Of a stretch of 64,000 bases of DNA, positions 59,183-64,000 are shown piece by piece. The stretch spans positions 736,001 through 800,000 of the forward strand of contig JBGPIA010000001.1 in the NCBI GenBank assembly GCA_041484665.1. Reading direction: 5' to 3'. The notes under the pieces were generated by a model that made no database searches, had not been told where the DNA came from, and saw only the letters and a list, made by a program, of their open reading frames with translations. Source of the stretch: Candidatus Krumholzibacteriia bacterium (GTDB lineage Bacteria; Krumholzibacteriota; Krumholzibacteriia; JAJRXK01). Position 1 is the first letter of the stretch; each line of letters starts with the position of its first letter. The position numbers and the translations under genes are program-made.

Positions 59183-60226
59183 ATGCGGGAATGGATGCTT
59201 GCGCGGGCGCAGCTGCCGCGGCTGTTGGGCGTGATCGCCCAGGACTACCGGATCGTGGCGCCGCAAAGCCTTGGACCGCTGTTCGAGTTCCGGCCTCTGG
59301 TCGACGTCGCAAAGCTGTGCCTCGACTACCCGACGACGATGCTGCCTCCTTCCCGTGCATTCATCCCCGACGGGGAGGTGCTGTACCGCTTCGATCCCGC
59401 GGATCCCGCCAGCGGACGGGCCGTGGAGCCGGAGCCGCCGATGGCGCTGTTCGGCGTGCACACCTGTGATCTGGAGGGGATCTCGATCCTCGACGAAATC
59501 TACCTCAGCCCGCCCATCGACCGCACGTACGCCAACCGCCGGCGCAACGCGCTGATCGTCGGCATCGAGTGCGAGCGCCCCTGCCAGACCGAGTCCTTCT
59601 GCGCCGACAAGCGGACCTACTCCAGCGAGCGCACGTTCGACCTGCTGCTGATCCCGGTCGACCACGAGCGGTTCATGGTCCGCAGCCGTACCGGGCTTGG
59701 CATGGCGGTGGCCGAGCGCAGCGCCGTGATGGCCCCCGCCACCTACCGCGACCAGGTCGAGCTGGAGGAGTTCCGCGGGACGCAGCGAGCGCGCTTCCAC
59801 CGCAAGTTCGCCCTCGACGAGCAAGCGCTCAGCCCGCGCGTGCGGGCGAGTTGGGACGACCTGCTGTGGGGCGCCCGCTCGCGCCTCTGCCTGGACTGCG
59901 GGGCGTGCAACGTCGTCTGCCCCACCTGCCACTGCTTCACGATCGGCGACCGCTTGCCGGTAGCGGAAGGCGGGCTCGGCGAGCGCTGCCGCTATTGGAC
60001 CGGCTGCCAGCTGGAGACCTTCGCGCGGGTGGCCGGCGGCGAGAATTTCCGGAGCAAGAAGGCCAATCGGCTGCGCCACCGCATCTTCAAGAAGGAAGTC
60101 TACGGCTTCGACCGTTTCGGGCGCAGCGGCTGCGTCGGTTGCGGCCGCTGCGGGCACTTCTGCCCGGCCGGGATCAAGCTGGTGGACATCTACCGGCAGC
60201 TCTCCGAGGAGACCGTCCATGTCTGA
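59183..60226 (+). CDS. hydB: Group 3b [NiFe]-hydrogenase (sulfhydrogenase) beta subunit, Fe-S protein
   Basis: GVHTCD, CLDCGACNVVCPTCHCF and CVGCGRCGHFCP motifs. Confidence 0.92.
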   Translation: MREWMLARAQLPRLLGVIAQDYRIVAPQSLGPLFEFRPLVDVAKLCLDYPTTMLPPSRAFIPDGEVLYRFDPADPASGRAVEPEPPMALFGVHTCDLEGISILDEIYLSPPIDRTYANRRRNALIVGIECERPCQTESFCADKRTYSSERTFDLLLIPVDHERFMVRSRTGLGMAVAERSAVMAPATYRDQVELEEFRGTQRARFHRKFALDEQALSPRVRASWDDLLWGARSRLCLDCGACNVVCPTCHCFTIGDRLPVAEGGLGERCRYWTGCQLETFARVAGGENFRSKKANRLRHRIFKKEVYGFDRFGRSGCVGCGRCGHFCPAGIKLVDIYRQLSEETVHV

Positions 60227-61058
60227 GCTGCTCGAATGCACTCCGATGACCGACCTGCCGGTGGCCGCGGTGGTGCGCGGGGCCCGTCTGCTCACGGCGC
60301 GGGAGATCCTGCTGGATCTGGAGCTGGAGGGCGGACGGGAGCTGCGCCACCAGCCCGGACAGTTCGTCATGGTGAGCCTGATGGGGACCGGGGAGGCTCC
60401 CATCTCCATCAGCTCACCGCCGCGCCCCGGTGGTCGTTTCGAGCTGTGCGTACGCGATGCCGGGACCCTCACCCACTACCTGCACCGCCTGAAGGAGAGC
60501 GACCGCGTGGGCATCCGTGGACCGTTCGGCCACGGGTTCCCCCAGGACGAGATCGAGGGCTACGACGTGGTGCTGGTGGCGGGCGGGCTGGGGCTGGCGC
60601 CGCTGCGCTCGCTCATCAGCACGGTGGTGCAGCGGCGCGAGCGCTTCGGCAAGGTCACCATCATGTACGGCGCCCGCAGCCCCCGCGAGCGCCTGTTCGT
60701 GGACGAGCTGGAACGCTGGGCGCGCTCGCCGGGTGTCCGCGTGGCGCAGACCGTGGACGTCGCCGACGGCACGTGGCGGGGGCGCGTCGGCGTGATCACG
60801 ACGCTGTTCAGCGGTCTGGAGTTCGATCCCCATACCTCGGTCGCGGCCATCTGCGGTCCGCCGGTCATGTACAAGTTCGTCGTGATGGAGCTGCTCGCCC
60901 GGGGCTTCCTCGAGGGGCGGATCTACATGTCGCTGGAGCGGCGGATGTGTTGCGGCATGGGCAAGTGCGGGCAGTGCCAGATCAATGGCGAGTTCGTCTG
61001 CCGCAGCGGACCCGTGTACCGCTATCTCGATGCGAAACGGCTGCGCGAGGCGCTCTGA
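60219..61058 (+). CDS. hydG: Group 3b hydrogenase gamma subunit (FAD/NAD(P)-binding, 2Fe-2S)
   Basis: PGQF, GEAPISI, RGPFG, AGGLGLAPLR, CGPP and CGMGKCGQC..C motifs. Confidence 0.93.
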   Translation: MSELLECTPMTDLPVAAVVRGARLLTAREILLDLELEGGRELRHQPGQFVMVSLMGTGEAPISISSPPRPGGRFELCVRDAGTLTHYLHRLKESDRVGIRGPFGHGFPQDEIEGYDVVLVAGGLGLAPLRSLISTVVQRRERFGKVTIMYGARSPRERLFVDELERWARSPGVRVAQTVDVADGTWRGRVGVITTLFSGLEFDPHTSVAAICGPPVMYKFVVMELLARGFLEGRIYMSLERRMCCGMGKCGQCQINGEFVCRSGPVYRYLDAKRLREAL

Positions 61059-61083
61059 GCCGCAGGACGGGGAGGATTGGGAC

Positions 61084-61866
61084 ATGGCAGTGCCGAGGAT
61101 CGCCGTCTTCAGCTTCACGAGCTGCGAGGGCTGCCAGCTGCAGATCCTCAACCTGGAGGACGAGCTGCTGGCACTGCTGCGTCGCGTGGAGATCGTCAAC
61201 TTCCGCGAGGCGATGACCGAGCGCAGCGATGACTACCAGATCGCGCTGGTGGAAGGCTCGGTCTCGACGCAGGCCGACGAGGATGAGCTGCGCGAAGTCC
61301 GCGCGCGCGCCGCCGTGCTGGTGACCATCGGCGCGTGCGCCGTGACCACCGGCGTCAACGGGATGCGCAATGCCCTGCCGGCGGAGCAGGCCTGGGCCCG
61401 CGTCTACCCCGACCGCGGGTTCGACGCGGGCGTCCAGCCCAGGGTGCGCCGCGTGGCCGATGTAGTGAAGGTCGACGTCGAGGTCCCCGGCTGCCCCATC
61501 GACCGCGGTGAGCTGCTGCGCACGCTCACCGTACTGTTGCTCGGCCAGGTGCCCCGCCTCCCCTCCACTCCGGTGTGCGACGAATGCCGCCGTGCGGGGA
61601 ATCCCTGCCTGCTGGACCGCGGTGAGTTCTGCTTCGGGTCGGTCACGCGCAGCGGGTGCGGCGCGATCTGCCCCCGCTTCGGTGAGAGCTGCTGCGCGTG
61701 CCGCGGACTGCTCCCCGCGGCCCCGTTGGCGGAGCTGCTGGAGATCCTCGAGCTGCGCGGGATACCGCGGGCGGAGAGCCTGCTGCGCCTGACTCAGTTC
61801 GCCAGCCAGGATCCGCAGGTCCTGGCCCTCACTGCAGCGCCGGAGCCGGTGGGGGTGCCCATATGA
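61084..61866 (+). CDS. hydD: Group 3b hydrogenase small (delta) subunit
   Basis: SCEGCQ, VEGS, GACA, PGCP and C-terminal CxxC/GC..CP..CCACRG cluster motifs. Confidence 0.93.
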   Translation: MAVPRIAVFSFTSCEGCQLQILNLEDELLALLRRVEIVNFREAMTERSDDYQIALVEGSVSTQADEDELREVRARAAVLVTIGACAVTTGVNGMRNALPAEQAWARVYPDRGFDAGVQPRVRRVADVVKVDVEVPGCPIDRGELLRTLTVLLLGQVPRLPSTPVCDECRRAGNPCLLDRGEFCFGSVTRSGCGAICPRFGESCCACRGLLPAAPLAELLEILELRGIPRAESLLRLTQFASQDPQVLALTAAPEPVGVPI

Positions 61867-63155
61867 AGAAGCTGGAAATCGACGTCCACCACATCACGCG
61901 TGTGGAGGGTCATGGCAACCTCAAGGTACGGGCGAGCGACGGCCACATCGAGGAGCTGCAGCTGGAGATCGTGGAGTCGCCGCGGTTCTTCGAGTCGATG
62001 CTCATGGGGCGCTTCGCCGACGAGGCGCCCTCCATCACCTCCCGTATCTGCGGCATCTGCGCCGTGGGGCACGCATCGGCCGCCTGCCGTGCCGCGGAGA
62101 AGGCGCTGGGCTTCGCGCCGCCGCCGGAGGTCAGTGCGCTGCGCAAGGTGCTCCTGGACCTGGAGTTCCTGCAGAGCCACGTCCTGCACCTCTACTTCCT
62201 GGTGGCCCCCGATCTGTTCGGCCAGGGCAGCGTGATTCCCCTCGCCGAGTCCCATCCCGATGTGGTGCTGCGGGCCCTGCGCCTAAAGAAGTTGGCCAAC
62301 CGCGCCAGCGAGATCCTGGTCGGGCGCAAGGTCCACCCGGTCGCCATGGCGGTGGGCGGGTTCACCCGCTGGCCGGCCAAGGCGGAGCTGGCGCAGGTGC
62401 AGCAGATGCTCGAGGGGGGACGCGCGGACGTGGAAGCGACGCTCGACCTCTTCGCCGCGCTTCCGAGCCCCGACCTCATCCAGCCCGCCGAGGCCGTCGC
62501 GCTTCGCGGCGAGACAGGCTACGCCCTGCTCGAAGGACGCCTGACATCCAGTGCCGGAGTCGCCTACGACGAGGAGCATTACCCCCGTCTGATCCACGAG
62601 TACACCGTCGCCCATAGCTCGGCGCGCCACGTGCGCACCGACCGTGGCCCCTTGCGCGTGGGAGCGCTGGCGCGCGCGACGATCAACCGGGACCGGCTGC
62701 TGCCCGCCGCGGCGAAGGCGGCCGCGCGCCTTGGACTGCCGCTGCAATCGCAGAATCCCTTCCACAACAACACGGCGCAGGTGGTGGAGTGCGTGCAGTG
62801 CCTGGAAGAGGCTATCACGCTGCTGGACGGACTGCTGGACCTGCACAGCCCGCCCGTGTACGTGCGCCCCGCTCCCGCTGCCGGGGTCGGGATCGCCGCG
62901 GTGGAAGTGCCGCGCGGCACGCTCTACCACCACTACGAGACCGATGCCGCAGGACGCATCGTCAAGGCCAACTGCATCATCCCCACCGGACAGAACCAGG
63001 CGGCCATCGAGCAGGACCTGCGAACCTACGTGGGGACGCTGGTGACAGCGGGCCGGGTCCAGGACGAGATCCGCGCCCAGTGCGAGATGCTGGTGCGGGC
63101 CTACGACCCGTGCATCTCGTGCGCCGCGCACTTCCTGGAGGTGGAGCTTGTCTGA
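61863..63155 (+). CDS. hydA: Group 3b [NiFe]-hydrogenase large (alpha) subunit
   Basis: TRVEGHG; L1 RICGIC; EVPRG; L2 DPCISCAAH plus a short cleavable tail. Confidence 0.95.
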   Translation: MKKLEIDVHHITRVEGHGNLKVRASDGHIEELQLEIVESPRFFESMLMGRFADEAPSITSRICGICAVGHASAACRAAEKALGFAPPPEVSALRKVLLDLEFLQSHVLHLYFLVAPDLFGQGSVIPLAESHPDVVLRALRLKKLANRASEILVGRKVHPVAMAVGGFTRWPAKAELAQVQQMLEGGRADVEATLDLFAALPSPDLIQPAEAVALRGETGYALLEGRLTSSAGVAYDEEHYPRLIHEYTVAHSSARHVRTDRGPLRVGALARATINRDRLLPAAAKAAARLGLPLQSQNPFHNNTAQVVECVQCLEEAITLLDGLLDLHSPPVYVRPAPAAGVGIAAVEVPRGTLYHHYETDAAGRIVKANCIIPTGQNQAAIEQDLRTYVGTLVTAGRVQDEIRAQCEMLVRAYDPCISCAAHFLEVELV

Positions 63156-63645
63156 TCCGCGCGTCCTGGTCATGGGCTTCGGGAGCCCGCTGCGCGGCGA
63201 CGACGGCGCCGGCGCCGCGGCACTAGAGCGCCTGCGCGCCGCCTTGGCGCAGCAGCCGGGCGTCGACCTGGTGGATGGAGGCGTACGCGGGCTCGACCTG
63301 CTGGAGCGCGCGCCCGACTACGACCGGGTGATCCTGATCGACGCGGCGCGGGCCCACGCCACAGCGCCGGCGTGGCGCGCCGGCCAGATCGTGCACCTGC
63401 CGTCCACGAGCGTCCGGCCCCGCGCGGGCGCGCTCGTCTCCCTCCATGGGCTGGACCTGGGGGCCACGCTCGAGCTTGCCCGGGCGTTGCATTTGGTCCT
63501 TCCGCCCGTGGAGCTGGTGCTCATCTTTGTAGAGGACACGGGGGTCGGCCAGCCGCTCAGCCCGTCGGTGGCGGGGGCGCTCGACGCAGTGGTTTCCCTG
63601 GTCAAAGCCAGGATCGAGGAGATCGTGCAGGCGGTGGGCGCGTGA
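63148..63645 (+). CDS. Hydrogenase maturation protease
   Basis: GFGSPLRGDDGAG, VDGG, ILIDA and SLH motifs. Confidence 0.9.
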   Translation: MSDPRVLVMGFGSPLRGDDGAGAAALERLRAALAQQPGVDLVDGGVRGLDLLERAPDYDRVILIDAARAHATAPAWRAGQIVHLPSTSVRPRAGALVSLHGLDLGATLELARALHLVLPPVELVLIFVEDTGVGQPLSPSVAGALDAVVSLVKARIEEIVQAVGA

Positions 63646-63676
63646 GACGCCTGCTCCGCGCGAGAAAGGTGGGGTC

Positions 63677-64000
63677 ATGGTGACGAAGGAGTTGCTCGCG
63701 AGATTCGAGGTGTTCCGGTCGCTGACGACCCGGCAGCTCGAACAGCTCGAAGCGATCGCCCAGGTCCGGGACTACGCCGACGGCGAGGTCCTCTTTCGCG
63801 AGGGGGAGGTGGCCGGGTACCTCGATCTGCTCGAGAGCGGTCGGGTCGCCCTGCAGATGACCCTGCCCAACGATCGCCGGGTGCAGGTGTACACCGTGGA
63901 GGCCGGCGGTGGGCTGGGCTGGTCCGCGCTCGCGGAGAACACCCAGTACACGGCTTCGGCGCGCGCGGTGGGGCCCGTGCGCACGATTCGGATCCCGCGC
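63677..64000 (+). CDS. Cyclic nucleotide-binding domain protein (Crp/Fnr-like), truncated by the window end
   Basis: Manual translation: MVTKELLARFEVFRSL..GEVLFREGE..LLESGRV..GWSAL..YTASARA. Confidence 0.8.
   Translation, partial: MVTKELLARFEVFRSLTTRQLEQLEAIAQVRDYADGEVLFREGEVAGYLDLLESGRVALQMTLPNDRRVQVYTVEAGGGLGWSALAENTQYTASARAVGPVRTIRIPR

Noticed and set aside
58694..60472. Apparent 1113-aa response regulator
   Set aside because: The extension is antisense to hydB and spans the regulatory gap; the REC domain starts after ATG 58693

Overview
Gene-dense, very GC-rich bacterial chromosome segment. I saw no rRNA, tRNA, CRISPR array or mobile element. Five secreted proteins end in a FlgD-Ig / T9SS-like C-terminal domain (PNPxN...WDG...SGVY), suggesting an FCB-group lineage such as Krumholzibacteriota, Latescibacterota or Eisenbacteria (inference). 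The window is dominated by energy metabolism: an A1-type heme-copper oxidase cluster in two divergent halves with a fused CtaA-CtaB, LutABC, cytochrome bd, an octaheme HAO-family cytochrome of the reductive (no Tyr cross-link) type, a 2-oxoacid:ferredoxin oxidoreductase, and a group 3b [NiFe]-hydrogenase with HypF and a sigma54 two-component system. The strongest candidate for a new system is 1786-12176. Three co-oriented secreted proteins (a pentaheme cytochrome c, a stand-alone cohesin-like protein and a 2142-aa PQQ sugar-dehydrogenase-family protein) carry cohesin-like modules, and the two large ones share a dockerin-like cassette. This suggests a cellulosome-style extracellular redox complex encoded directly downstream of the oxidase operon. 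Other highlights: a Cyc2-like cytochrome-porin, an ammonia-lyase with Ala-Cys-Gly in place of the MIO Ala-Ser-Gly, and twin GACA-N3-TGTC site pairs (42 bp apart) upstream of both the hydrogenase and oxoacid oxidoreductase operons. All calls come from motif recognition by eye, and start codons were re-picked manually.
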